Below are positions 27,812 to 40,100 of a stretch of 64,000 nt of DNA, piece by piece. The stretch is from a virus: the IMG/VR virus record IMGVR_UViG_3300048033_001096, positions 32,001-96,000 of that record; one strand, written 5' to 3'. Each line of letters opens with the position of its first letter. The stretch's first letter is position 1. The translations under genes were made by a program, and so were the position numbers. The notes under the pieces are model-generated. The model saw only the letters and a program-made list of their open reading frames with translations. It was not told the origin of the DNA and ran no database searches.

Positions 27812-27837
27812 TTAAGTTATCCTATTATATGCTAGTA

Positions 27838-27845
27838 TATTTATA
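27838..27845 (-). promoter_or_regulatory. T4-type late promoter TATAAATA
   Basis: Exact T4 late consensus, overlapping the upstream stop codon and followed by an AGGA RBS. Confidence 0.7.
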
Positions 27846-29382
27846 CCTTGAGTACACACTCAACTAATTTTTCACTTTCGTCGTTATTAGTTTCTAATGC
27901 TATACCAACTAATCCTGTAGTTGATATTGTTGAGCATACTCCGTTTTCCCAAGCATAAACAGCTTCACCTTTTTTAACAGCGCCTTTTACCCTTACTGGC
28001 ACACGGCCTTTAAGACCAATTGCTTGTCCGTCACATCCTTTATTCATCAAATATGCAGGTGCTTCTGAAATTACACCTATACACATATGACTTGATTTTG
28101 CGGCTGTAGCTTCGGCTTCGCCGCCTACGCACATTGCAGTACCTACTGGATATTCTTGATCTGTAAGATAATTTTCTGCTAGGTCAGCATACCAGGCTTC
28201 TGTTGCAATACCTTGGAAACGTCTTGCATAAATGTCACCTAGTGAATCTCTAGTTGGTATAGTGTTTGCAGCAGTAGCTTCTGAAGGATATAACGCATCT
28301 CCGTTGACCATAGTGCCGTCAATTGGGCTTGGATCATATACAGCATTTGGTTTCATTATTGCTGTTGTTATTTGCCCTAGACCTTCGTAACTTAATGCAT
28401 ATATTGCAGGCCATCTATAATCTGTTGTACCTAATGATGTTGCAGCTATAGTCGGTTGTACATTACTTTCCGTTCCTGGAACAAATCCAGGAATAACAGC
28501 ATTAAACTGCATTCTAACTGGATTTAAGATATTGCCAAGATTATCTTTTGCACGGAAAATAATTTGGTTTCCGTTACCGTTTTCAATAACACTTTGATTG
28601 TCATTTTCAACTTTTAAAGTAAAGTCACCACTATCTCCAATTTGCAGTCCGCTTTCAGAAAACTGAGCAAGTCCAGTAAATACTGGGCTATTTGCTTGTA
28701 CATAATCATTTGCACTAATGCCGCCTAATTTTTCTGCATTAGTAGCAGTACCGACTAGTCTAAACGATCCAGTAGTTACACCACCCGAGCTGTTAACTGT
28801 ATTCTTAAGGGTTAACCCAGGACGTATTCTATCAAAACCACTAATATTACTATCTACGTCACTTGTGTCAATTGTAAAATCACTATTACTAAATGTCATT
28901 ACCGTTTCGTCATTAACAACCGCAGTAATAATATTTCTACTCTCGCCTATTGTGTCTCTAACCGAACGACTTACAATTTGTGTCTGACCCGACCCTGCAC
29001 TTTGGGGTCCAATAAGTACAAAATCGCCGCCATTGTATGTGTAAAGTTGTTCGTTAGCAGTGTCCCACCAAAAATCACCTTGCTTTAATCCTGTTGGAAC
29101 AAGATCGCTTACTTCTGCGCCACCTGTTGTGCGCCATTTTAAACCGTCGTAAAATTTAAGTTTACTATTACCACTATCAAACCAAATTTGCCCAGCTATT
29201 TTGCGTGGCGGTTCTACTTGCCCTGCAAAATTTTCTAGCAAAAATACAAAATTTTCGTTTTGTATTTCACCGTAACCAGCATAGTTTTTACCAACTAGTT
29301 TTAAATCGGTTGTTTGGTCAATAGTACCGTCTTCAATCTTCCAGCTTTTACTATTGCTGTATGTGTCTATTGTATATGCCAT
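27841..29382 (-). CDS. Tail fibre/baseplate protein with a C-terminal intramolecular chaperone (peptidase G2-like) domain
   Basis: Shared fibre N-terminus (GKNYAGYGE..NENF..LLENFA); C-terminal YADLAENY...IGVIS..PAYLMN...GLKGRVPVRVKG. Confidence 0.7.
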   Translation of the reverse strand: MAYTIDTYSNSKSWKIEDGTIDQTTDLKLVGKNYAGYGEIQNENFVFLLENFAGQVEPPRKIAGQIWFDSGNSKLKFYDGLKWRTTGGAEVSDLVPTGLKQGDFWWDTANEQLYTYNGGDFVLIGPQSAGSGQTQIVSRSVRDTIGESRNIITAVVNDETVMTFSNSDFTIDTSDVDSNISGFDRIRPGLTLKNTVNSSGGVTTGSFRLVGTATNAEKLGGISANDYVQANSPVFTGLAQFSESGLQIGDSGDFTLKVENDNQSVIENGNGNQIIFRAKDNLGNILNPVRMQFNAVIPGFVPGTESNVQPTIAATSLGTTDYRWPAIYALSYEGLGQITTAIMKPNAVYDPSPIDGTMVNGDALYPSEATAANTIPTRDSLGDIYARRFQGIATEAWYADLAENYLTDQEYPVGTAMCVGGEAEATAAKSSHMCIGVISEAPAYLMNKGCDGQAIGLKGRVPVRVKGAVKKGEAVYAWENGVCSTISTTGLVGIALETNNDESEKLVECVLKV

Positions 29383-29407
29383 TCGTTAAACCCCTAATGC
29401 GATATTG

Positions 29408-29413
29408 TATTTA
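29408..29413 (-). promoter_or_regulatory. Late promoter core TAAATA
   Basis: In a 40-bp gap, upstream of an AGGGG RBS. Confidence 0.55.
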
Positions 29414-29422
29414 TCTGTCTTG

Positions 29423-31390
29423 CTAAAGTACTGTGGTTCGCTGCCACGTCCATACTCCGCTATTTGCTTCAAATTCCATGATTGCTCTATCAGGAACAAA
29501 TCCTGCACTTGCCGATACTGGTAAAAAGTCAATATCTTGAAGTACTGATTCGTCGCTATTATTGTTATCTTTATCAACAGCAATATACGACTTTCTTACA
29601 GCACTAATCTGTGGACCGCTAGGATTATCTGGATCATCAACTAATTGGTCTACGTCAATTCCTGTAACTGTTGTTTGTGAATAACTTGTACAATATACTT
29701 TAGCAAGTGTACCGTTTTCTTTTTGGTTAGCAGGATAAAGCTGTTGTATTACATCTTTAACATTATTGTACGGACCGCCTGATCCAAAACTTATTTCTGG
29801 ATTTGCATAACCAGTAACATCTAATGATACTACTAATGGTTCTGCTTTAATTTCAGCATCAACATATTCTTTTGTAGTTACTGAGCTATCTGACGATTCT
29901 GGAGTACCGTCCCTTAAGAATATTCTGTTACTAATTGGTGTTAAAACACCTTCAATTCTATTATTATTAACTGTTATAACACCATTAGAATTAATATTTA
30001 ACGGGTTAGTTGTTGTTAATGTTGCACCATTTAAATTAAAATTATCAACATTTATATATTGTAATGTACCAACTCTTACCAAGCCTTCAGCATACAACAC
30101 ACTTTGGTCTATTGTATCTTCGGATATTTTATTAATCCCATTAATTTTATAAGATGGTGATAGTCCGTCTAAATCAAATGACTGATTAGATGTCCAACTG
30201 TTAGTATCATTAATCCACGAAATAGTTTTATTGCCGCCTGTAGACTTTAGTGTAATGCCGCCGCCATCTGTTAATATATTGTCGCCTGCTGCATCACCGT
30301 TTTCGTCGGTAGATAATTCAATATTTTTATCTCTTACTTGTAACGTTTGCGAATTTAAAAATGTACTAGTACCTTGTACTGTCATATCGCCTACAACTTC
30401 GAGATCACCGTTGATTCTAGAATCAATATTTACATCAAACCCAACTTGTGGATTATTAGTATAAATGCCAACACGTTTTACCGGAGTATTAACGTAAAAT
30501 ACATCATCAAATGTATTTGATCTTTTAGTTCGTATAACAAAATTCTTGTTTGTTTGTTGCGTTTCAAGTGTAGTAATATCTGATCGATTTCTATCAACTC
30601 TTAATGCTGAATAAACCGTATCACTAACTCCTACTGTTAGTCCTCTTTCGTCCTTAATTGCAAGAGATCCCAATGTACTGGTATCTCTGTCAGTTTTCAT
30701 AAAGTTTGCTTCTGTAAATTGCTCGTTTGCATCGTTAATTAACGATTGAGTACTTTGTGCAGTACCGTGCCAAGTAAATCCTGTATCAACTGGATTAAAT
30801 CCTCGTTTAATAAGTTGTCTTTTAGGAATGTTTGTGTCATCAGGATCGTCAGGATATCCAGTAATTTTTTCTAACGGTCTAAATTGGAATCTAGAATATA
30901 TACCAGTTAGTAGTCCCGAAATATACATAAACAATACAGTTTGGTCTTTTCCTGTGCTATCAATAACTGTCGAAGCTTCAATAGTAGTTTTACCTTGTTC
31001 GGCATTATATTGCGGACCAACTAGTACAACATCGGCGCCATCGTAAAAATACATTTTATTATTAAAACTATCAATCCAAATATCACCAGTTACTAAATTT
31101 GGTCGTGTTTGACTTACTATTGCTCCAGAAGCTGTTTTAAATGTTTCGCCTGTATATACTTTTAAACGCTCTTCAGCAGTATCATACCACAATTGTCCAA
31201 TTAATGGCGCACCTGGGGCACTTGTTTTAGCAAAGTTTTCAATTAGTTTAACAAAATTTTCGTTAACTGCTTCACCAAATCCTTTATAGTTTCGTCCAAT
31301 AAGTGTAAGGTCTGTAGAATTAGTATCTATCTGCCCATCTACTAAATCTACTAGTAACTCGCCGTTTGTTTTGTTAATTTTATAGCTCAT
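29423..31390 (-). CDS. Tail fibre/baseplate protein
   Basis: Shared N-terminus (GRNYKGFGE..NENF..LIENFA, GQLWYD); beta-rich fibre segments; VTTKEYVD fibre motif. Confidence 0.7.
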   Translation of the reverse strand: MSYKINKTNGELLVDLVDGQIDTNSTDLTLIGRNYKGFGEAVNENFVKLIENFAKTSAPGAPLIGQLWYDTAEERLKVYTGETFKTASGAIVSQTRPNLVTGDIWIDSFNNKMYFYDGADVVLVGPQYNAEQGKTTIEASTVIDSTGKDQTVLFMYISGLLTGIYSRFQFRPLEKITGYPDDPDDTNIPKRQLIKRGFNPVDTGFTWHGTAQSTQSLINDANEQFTEANFMKTDRDTSTLGSLAIKDERGLTVGVSDTVYSALRVDRNRSDITTLETQQTNKNFVIRTKRSNTFDDVFYVNTPVKRVGIYTNNPQVGFDVNIDSRINGDLEVVGDMTVQGTSTFLNSQTLQVRDKNIELSTDENGDAAGDNILTDGGGITLKSTGGNKTISWINDTNSWTSNQSFDLDGLSPSYKINGINKISEDTIDQSVLYAEGLVRVGTLQYINVDNFNLNGATLTTTNPLNINSNGVITVNNNRIEGVLTPISNRIFLRDGTPESSDSSVTTKEYVDAEIKAEPLVVSLDVTGYANPEISFGSGGPYNNVKDVIQQLYPANQKENGTLAKVYCTSYSQTTVTGIDVDQLVDDPDNPSGPQISAVRKSYIAVDKDNNNSDESVLQDIDFLPVSASAGFVPDRAIMEFEANSGVWTWQRTTVL

Positions 31391-33489
31391 TATTCTCTTC
31401 CACCATATATAATATAATTCAATGTTAGAGTTGGCGGCATTACATTGAATCCGTCTTGATTAAAGTTCTCATTTCTGTCTTCAATATTACCACTATTTCT
31501 AAGTCTTTGTGCTGTATTAGCTGCAGAAGGTCCTTGGACTTGTTCAACATCTGTATCTGTTGTAGGATCTTGTCTATCTTGATAAACATAATATTGGTTA
31601 TTATCACTATCTTGCAAATCGTGTTTGTGACTTGGTATTTGATTAATGTTAATATTTTTTTCTTCAGCACCGTCAATTGCACCAATAACATCTGCTGACT
31701 GTGATTGCACAGTATTTGCTGAAGTTCCGCCCATGTTATCAGCACCTAGAGGCATTCTACCTCTTAAATCAGGTAATGCAAAATAACCTGGAGTTACTTG
31801 TGATGCTGGTTTAAAATTAAATCCAACTGCTGTAAATAATTCTTCCCATATGTTTTGATCTACTTCTCTACCGTCACAAATTAGCCAACCTGCCGGAGCT
31901 GAGTCGCCGCCATATGGTAAAATAACTCCTGCAGGAGTTCTTGGTATTGATTTTAAAAAATTATCTTTAGTAGTATGTTTTAGACCAGGTGTTGCTCCCT
32001 GTTGATCATCAAATAGAATTAAGTCTGCGCCCGATACATCTGTTTCAAATTGCTTACTTGCAATAAAGCTGTTTGATATTTCAGTACGGAATTTCTTTTG
32101 TAATGGCTGTTCGCCTGCTGGTAGCTGATTTCCTTGTCCGTCTTCGCCGTTATTAAAACCAGGATCTTGGAATGCGCCATCAAATTCAACAGGTACTACT
32201 GTACTAACATCACCTTCCATAATAAATGTAGTACGTGATGTAAGTTTATCTGATTCTGTTGAGCGGCCGTCAATAGTTCCAGTTACCGTTCCAGTAACAT
32301 CACCAAAGAATCGTTGTCCGTATATGTTTCTGTACTTATTTAATGATGTACCGATGTCTCTAATTGCATTATCATCTGGCGTAACATTTTTAGTTGTTAA
32401 CAAATTAAGTAAAGTTGTTTCGCCGCCAATGTTTAAGTTTTGCTTAATAGCGGCGCCGCCTCTTACAATTAAAGCACCATTGTTAATTGTAGAACTTTGT
32501 GTGGTTCCGTTTACTAATAAGCTGTCACTTGCTTGTATTGTCCCGACAACATCTAACGCTTGTTCTGGTGCTTCAGTATTAACACCAACACGTAAATTTG
32601 AATCAACTCTAATAACTGTTTTTGTTTGATTTGCTGTTCTAACACGCATATCAATATTCGAACCGCCAACGTTATGTTGAATAATACCTGCTTGTCCTTC
32701 AACACCAATTGTCAATTCGCTATTAATACCATAATTAATACCTTGGTTATTTTGAATATTTAAAGGAAAATTGGTTGTACTAGTTGTGTCACCTCTTAAA
32801 AAGTCGCCAGCAGCAATGATTTCATTATTTACAATTAAATTTTCTGCCTTTTCAGCAGTACCAAAGAATTTAAAGTCACTTAATCCATCAGCATTTGTAT
32901 CTCTTGAAATAACATTAAACCCTGGGCTTATTTGCGGAAATCCTGCTATTGTTGCTTTTGGAATAAAGCTGTTGTCTGCTCCTGAAATGATGCCAACTAT
33001 TGTACCGTTAACTTCAATTTTAAGCACTGTATAAGATACATTGTCTTGACCAATAATTTGATCTGCTCTTGCGCCTGTTGCTAATCCTTCACTAAACTGT
33101 GGTCCTACTAGAATCCAGCCACCACCAGTAAATAGATATAACTGCTGATTGTCTGTATCAACCCATAAATCGCCAGTATTTGCAAATGCCGGTGTGTCAA
33201 TTGACTTAAAAATGCCACTTGATGGAACCCAGTTTGTACCATTATACATATAAAGCGTTTCTTCAGCCGGATCATTATTGTACCAAATTTGTCCTTCTGT
33301 TGGATTAACTGGTTCTGCTGAAGCTGCAAAGTTTTCTAACAGATGTAAAAAGTTTCCTGCAATAACCGCACCGTAAGCTGTAGTGTTTCTTCCAGGAAGA
33401 GGTAAGCTAGTTACATTATTAATAGTACCATCTTCAATTGTAATAGTACCTTCTTTTGATATATCAGTGTAATTAATCGTATATGCCAT
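31390..33489 (-). CDS. Short tail fibre-like protein with a phage tail collar domain
   Basis: Shared N-terminus; PAGVILPYGGDSAPAGWLICDG...FALPDLRGRMPLG collar domain; SHKH metal motif; ends with NVMPPTLTLNYII. Confidence 0.8.
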   Translation of the reverse strand: MAYTINYTDISKEGTITIEDGTINNVTSLPLPGRNTTAYGAVIAGNFLHLLENFAASAEPVNPTEGQIWYNNDPAEETLYMYNGTNWVPSSGIFKSIDTPAFANTGDLWVDTDNQQLYLFTGGGWILVGPQFSEGLATGARADQIIGQDNVSYTVLKIEVNGTIVGIISGADNSFIPKATIAGFPQISPGFNVISRDTNADGLSDFKFFGTAEKAENLIVNNEIIAAGDFLRGDTTSTTNFPLNIQNNQGINYGINSELTIGVEGQAGIIQHNVGGSNIDMRVRTANQTKTVIRVDSNLRVGVNTEAPEQALDVVGTIQASDSLLVNGTTQSSTINNGALIVRGGAAIKQNLNIGGETTLLNLLTTKNVTPDDNAIRDIGTSLNKYRNIYGQRFFGDVTGTVTGTIDGRSTESDKLTSRTTFIMEGDVSTVVPVEFDGAFQDPGFNNGEDGQGNQLPAGEQPLQKKFRTEISNSFIASKQFETDVSGADLILFDDQQGATPGLKHTTKDNFLKSIPRTPAGVILPYGGDSAPAGWLICDGREVDQNIWEELFTAVGFNFKPASQVTPGYFALPDLRGRMPLGADNMGGTSANTVQSQSADVIGAIDGAEEKNININQIPSHKHDLQDSDNNQYYVYQDRQDPTTDTDVEQVQGPSAANTAQRLRNSGNIEDRNENFNQDGFNVMPPTLTLNYIIYGGRE

Positions 33490-33493
33490 CTAA

Positions 33494-34108
33494 TTACCCC
33501 TCATTAAAACCGGTTAAACTTTGAATTCTTACTGTATAGTCAATTTGAATTAACCTATTCAGTGATTTTTGTACAGGATGAAAAATTACGTGTGTTAAAA
33601 GCCTACCGTCGCCATCGGGCGAGTATCCTTTTAATCCTAATTCATCAAATACATACAAATTGTTTGAATTAGATGCTGTGTCAAATGCATCTTGTCCGTT
33701 TGGCTCGCCGTAATCTAACAAACAAGTTACTAAAATGTCTGTATAATTAGTACCGCTTACGTGTCTTATTTCTGTTTTGTTTCTACTAGGATCAATATTA
33801 TTAACACTTCGATCATCTACAACTTTTGTAAATGTTTGATTATATAAACTAGCGTTAGTGCCTGTGCTGTTTGGTGTTAGATATGTAATAACACCAGTTG
33901 GATCGACTGATGTACCTCCATTACCAAAGCTCATTTCATTAATCCAACCTTGTCCTGCATTACTCAAACTTTCTGCAAGAGCAATACTCATGTTTTCATA
34001 ATGAATAGCGTTACGCTTATTTACAATCACTTCGCCAGATTCAGGATCATGAATCTTTATGTGTCCTTGTAACATTATTCCTTGTGTGTCTTTAAAATTA
34101 TCAGCCAT
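33494..34108 (-). CDS. Putative baseplate structural protein (204 aa)
   Basis: Lies between the giant wedge gene and the fibres; beta-rich (FDELGL...LTHVIFHPVQK...IDYTVRI). Confidence 0.6.
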   Translation of the reverse strand: MADNFKDTQGIMLQGHIKIHDPESGEVIVNKRNAIHYENMSIALAESLSNAGQGWINEMSFGNGGTSVDPTGVITYLTPNSTGTNASLYNQTFTKVVDDRSVNNIDPSRNKTEIRHVSGTNYTDILVTCLLDYGEPNGQDAFDTASNSNNLYVFDELGLKGYSPDGDGRLLTHVIFHPVQKSLNRLIQIDYTVRIQSLTGFNEG

Positions 34109-34126
34109 TTTCTGTTCCTGTCAATG

Positions 34127-34132
34127 TATTTA
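34127..34132 (-). promoter_or_regulatory. Late promoter core TAAATA
   Basis: Uses the TAA stop of the giant ORF and is followed by an AGGA RBS. Confidence 0.55.
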
Positions 34133-37100
34133 TCGCGGTAGATTAATTGTCTTTCCACGTAAGAAAGTTGCAACTTGTGTATTTGAATTTCCAAGTGGTT
34201 TAAACTGGTTTTCAGATTCACCGTCAAGTTCTCTCCAATCTGACCCTAGTTTTCTAACTATAGTTAGTGTAGTTTCTGGTTCAGGCGGTGATGTTAGACG
34301 AACATATGCACCTTCGTTTTTATTTACGGCAAATTCTGCTTCTAAATCAACGTCACCGTCTGGGCTATATTGACCTTTAGCTGCATCGTATACCTTTATT
34401 GGATTTTTACGAAGCCTTCTACCATTTGAAAATACTTCAATATTAAGTGCTTGCCAGTATTCGTTCGGTATACCGCCTTCATCAAATGGTGCTTTATACC
34501 AATCTCCTGTAACAGTAGGATTCTGTACAACATCAGTAAACGCTTCTGGATTATAATCTACTAATATTTGTACATACGGTAAGAACTTAGGCATTACTAA
34601 ATAGCTCTCTGATCTTAATGCCGGTACAATTTCTTTTGGATTATATAAAACTAAGTCGTATGCTCCAACCGGCATAGTTTCTGTATAGAATTTAATCTCA
34701 GTAGTAGTACTAGATATTTTTTCTAGTTCTCTTATTTTACCATTAGCGTCTTGCATTAGTGCTTTAATTTCAGGCCTAAATCCTGTTCCAACAACAGTAG
34801 CAACTTGATCGTATGTTCCTGGAACACGTACTGGGAATACCGTGTTATTATTAAAACTATATGTAATACTTTCAACACTCATATCAGGCGAAGAATTAGG
34901 ATATATTGTTGAAGTATCTGTATAAACACCACTCTTAACAGTAAATCGATCTTCCTCGTCTTTATAAGGAATTATACTATCGCTTCCTTGATTATAAAAA
35001 TATGTACCAGCCGGGTGTTCGTCTTTAATTCCGGTCCCCATTGTACCTCTACGAAGTTGTTTTAAAATATTACCTTCTCTTCGGAAAAATTCAATACGCT
35101 CACCATTAATAAAAATAACACCTGGATTTTTACTATCTGCTGTAACACTAGGCAATCTTTCAAATCCGTCTGCAACTTCAATAGTCCTATCGTACCAGCG
35201 CAACGGTGCTGCTAATTGATGTTCGTCTTCTGCTGACAATCGTAAATAAGTTGTTCTATTTAACATGTCTTTAAATTGACGCCATCCAAACCTATTTGAC
35301 ACCGGTGGTGCTGCAAAATGTATTATATCTACTACGTCATATTGTGTAAGACTTGTAATCAATTTAATAGTTTTTTGATTATCAAGTAATACATAGTCTG
35401 CTGTTGGAGTTAATAATTTATTATTAATAGCAACCCATACATAATTTATACCAATAGTCGGTGTTTGTAAATCGATCATGTTGTTTCTTAGTAATCTTGA
35501 TTCATAATAACCATCAGTGTTAGCTGTCATAGTAGTTTTTTCAACAACGTCATATTTTTGACGTTCGATCCCAAGTCCGTCGTGATTACTAAACTGATAT
35601 AACTTAATAATATCGCCAGGAGCAAAAGTTTCGTCAAAATAGACTACTGCTGGCAACGGTACAATTTCAACATTTATAGTTGTGTTAGTATCATAATCTC
35701 GTCCGCCATTAATTATTTCTACAGTTAATATTCTTCCTAGATCATCAACAGTTAATGAAAACTCTGCGCCTTCTCCTACATCGGAGTTTGCTGTAATACC
35801 CGATGTATCATTATATCCTCGTCCTGCCGATACAACTGTTACTTCTGTAATTACACCATCTTCGATTATTGGCAATAATGACGCTGCTATTTGTTTGCCG
35901 CTAGTATCAATAAAATTACTATCGTCGTCAAAATAACCAAATCTGTATTCACCGCTAGACATAATGAATACTTTTAGTTCGTCTCCAGTAGTAGCAACAC
36001 CTCTATTTAAGATAATAGTACTTCCCGGTTGTGCATCATCTGCAATATATTCATTAAATGAGCCTGCACCTTCATAAGTCCATTCTTGCAAGAATTCTAA
36101 TTCTCTGTCATTTAAGAAAACTTTAATTTCTTTACCTTCAGTACTTCCTACCGGAATTTGCCAAACTTTCATTTTGTATTCAAGTGTATTATCTTCAATA
36201 ATAAATTTTTCACTGTATCCAGCATTAAGTATACGTTCGTTATTTACAGTAGCTATTGTGTAATACGAAGACGGCTGTTGCGAAAACGGTGTTTTTGCAA
36301 GTTCGTAACTTAAAGAACTTCCGTCTGAAATAATTGTATCAATATCAACTTTACTAAATGTTTCAACCAACGAATCAAAAATTCCATATTGTACAATTCT
36401 ATTAACTGCTGGTATTTCTACAAATCTAATATGTGCAATTCCGTCAATATTATCAATTGTAAATGGTATTTCGGAACCATTTACAGTTACATATGCTGTT
36501 AACTCTTCAGTATACGGAATTGCAGTTTGATATAGCTGTGTATCTGTAGTTATAAACTCACCATAATCTAATAAGTTTGTGCCACCGAGGCCGATAACAG
36601 TAATAGCAACATTGTCTCCTTGCTGAGGAGTATCATAAATTGTAACATTATTATTTTTAAAATCAACTCTATATTCAGCTAAGTCTAAAATTTTATAGTT
36701 TACTTTGACTATTACACTTTCTCTTGAAAATGGTTTTTGCGAAATAGTAAATTGGTTAGTTGTCCCGTCTCCTCTAAACGAGTTAGTCTGTATAGTTCCA
36801 GTTCCGCTATTAGGACGCTCATAAACAGTAATATCTAATGTATCCATAAGCTGGCCTGGAACAATTTCTTCTGGACCTTTTGAAGTAGTAGGAGTTACAA
36901 ATCCATCACCGTCTATATTAATATCTTCAGCATTAATACCTGTTGCTGTAGTATATGCCAAATCACCGCCAGTTATAGCTGTATCAAATGCTGCTTCGCT
37001 AATTGCTCTACTACCGTCTGAAGTACTACGTCTAATAGTAATAACTAGTCCAGGAGGATTATTAAACGTTCCGTTGCCATCGCCCGGATCTAGTTCTTCA

Positions 37101-40100
37101 GCTACTTGTCTATAGCCTATTTCATTTTCAAATGTAAATGTATTTGTAACTCCGTCGCCGACAAGTGGTGACATAATTGCATAAGGATTTTCAACAGTTG
37201 ATGTACCATCCCAATCATCGTCATCGATCCTAACGTTGTTTATGTAAACGTTATATTTTACACCGTTAGCTAGCGGTTTTGCTAAATCAAAAGTAAGTGT
37301 TGATCCATCAGTTTCAAAGATTTCGTCATCAAATTTGTCGTCATACACATCCCAAGTATCAGTATACCATTCTCCAGTGTCCCAACCAGGAGGTGCACCA
37401 AATTCAAAACTCTTAACTTCAACGCCACCGTAGTCGATACCGTCCATTAACTGACTAATGTCTTTACCAATTTGACCATCTTCTGGATTATAAAAAAGAT
37501 TAATTCGATCTTGTGCATCTAACAAGTTGATTGATTTTTTGTAATTAACTTCAACTATTGCTTCATTTGCTGGCGGATCGATAAATTCAATTCTTCCGTA
37601 AAATTTATCGTATTCAGCAGTATTATCAATAATATTATCATATGAATAATTACTACCCAATACTAATTCTCCATTTACAGTAACTTCAACTGTTGTAGTT
37701 CGTAAATCCATTGGCCATTTTAATTGGAACTCAGTTTTTGCTCCAGTTGCTGTAAAAAATTCAGTTTCGTTTAGTTGAGTAATAAGGAATGTTCCTGTTA
37801 CTCTATCAAATTTAACTGTAGTGTGCATATTTCTAACTGGAGAGTCGCCCAATACTACCGAAACTGCTGCTTCTCGGCCGTCTTCTCCTAATGTACCATT
37901 AATAGTAATGTTAGGAGAAGTAATATAGCCGCTGCCAGAGTCAGTAACAACAACACTATTAAGTTTTCCATTAGTGCCTAACGATGCTACTGCTGTTGCA
38001 TTCCCGTCTATTATAATTTCAGGTGCTTCAGTGTAACCGTATCCCGGATCACTAATTTTAATATCAACAACTTTGTAAGATATATTATTAAGCCATTGTT
38101 TATTAATACCTGTTAATGAGCCAGTTCCAAACAATACTCCATTTACTACTTTAGCGTCAGTTGGGGTAATTTTTGAAGTTTCTGTACTATAAACTGGCGG
38201 TGAATCAAAATCTGTTATTTCACTTGATACAGATTCAACTTTTGTGTAATTAGATATATATTCTCTAATTGTAGTTTTATATGGTTTAACTTCGTTAATA
38301 TAATCTTCGTAGCTTTCAAGATTATCGTTTTTAAATGTTATACGCTGTTGTAGATTGCCAACATTGTGTTTTGCTTTAACAAAACTTGTTTTAAATGCCC
38401 AGTCAACATAACCTTGCTCAGCAAATACATAACGCAAGCATAAGAAGAATAATGCATTAAATTGTTCTGCTAAATCTGCTACAAAAATATTATTTCTAAG
38501 AGCATTAAAAATAATACGCAATTCTGTTATAGGCTGTTTATCAAAGAATTGTGTATCAAACGTTTGATTATCAAATCCTACTAAATTATCAACATAGCTG
38601 TAAAGTGCTGTACTTAATTTAATTGTTCCATTTTGCTTACCTACTGTTTTATAATTTATAGTATAATCGGTTGTTACTTGATTATCAATTTTTTCAAGTA
38701 ATAGCCAGCCTTCGCCACCAGTATTAAGTATTTTTACAATGTCTCCAAGTTGATCGTCTAAAGACTGTAGGCTATAACTAAAATCTACCACATGATCTAA
38801 CTGTGTAAACTCGTTATAACCAGTTTCGTACCAATCTACATAATCCCAATATTGCTGTACATCGTAAGACTGCGACGATACTCGTGACCAGTTAACGCCT
38901 TGTAATTGATATATTCCCCAATTATTATTAACTGTTTCGTCTGCATTAACTAGTACTGCAAAAGGTCTTACATTAATAACTGTATTATCGTTATAATTAT
39001 ATCCTGCATTCTTTACAATTACAGAATCTACTTGCCCTAAAACATTAATAGTTAATTCTAACTCTGCTTTTGCGCCTTGGCCTGTAATTACATAAGTTGG
39101 CACTACCTTATATCCTCTACCCGGATTAGTAATGTCAACTCGTACAATTTTACCGTCTTGTACAACTGGAGTTAAAATTGCAGGCTGCGCTCTAACTGTA
39201 CTCACAAATTGCAAATCAACATAATTGTCAATAACAGTATCATATAATCCTGTATTAATAGACGGTATTTGATCACTATCTAATAACGGTGTAATATCTT
39301 TTTCATCAACTATTAGATTTTCTATAAAGATAGAATTAATTCTAGAAATTACCTGTTTTAACACTTCTTGTCTATTAATAAACCATCCCTGTCTTGGTTT
39401 ATTTAAAATACCATAACGTTCGTTTGGAGACAAGTTAGGATCTGGTACAGGTCTATCGTTAATGTCGTATCCGATAAGACTATCAATTAATTTATTAACA
39501 ATAGCTTCGTTAGGAATACTTGTTGCTAATCCTTCAGTAACAATTTGATATTGATTATGAATATTAGCATATTTGTCACCGGTTGTATAATATTGGACAC
39601 TTAATACAATATCTTTATCTCTAATTAAATCTGCGCAGTTATATAATACCATTGATGACGAATCAGCAAAGTTAATAAATTTATATTTTTGTCCTGCTGG
39701 ATCTTCAATTAATTTAGAAACGTTATCTGCAGATATTGTTCTTCCGGAAATAAGTGGAACTGTTGTTTTTCCTTTAACCCAGTAATAGTAATAATTAATA
39801 AATCTTTTAGAAATATTATCATAAACTCGTCTTATACTATATGCATCTCTACCGTATTTTGTTTTTCCAGTAATGTTATTAGCATTTCCTCTTGGAGTGC
39901 CTGATGTCGAATCCCACTCTTCTGGGCTAAGTGTACTTTCTACCCATTCGTATACATCAATCGACGCTCCTGGATACAATGTATTAAAATTATTAGATTT
40001 ATAAATTAAATTTCCTTGATATACATTGTAGAATTTAGCTGTTGACAAATCCCACCATAGTCTACCAATTTGTTCGACACCCCAGCTTCGGTTTTCGTCA

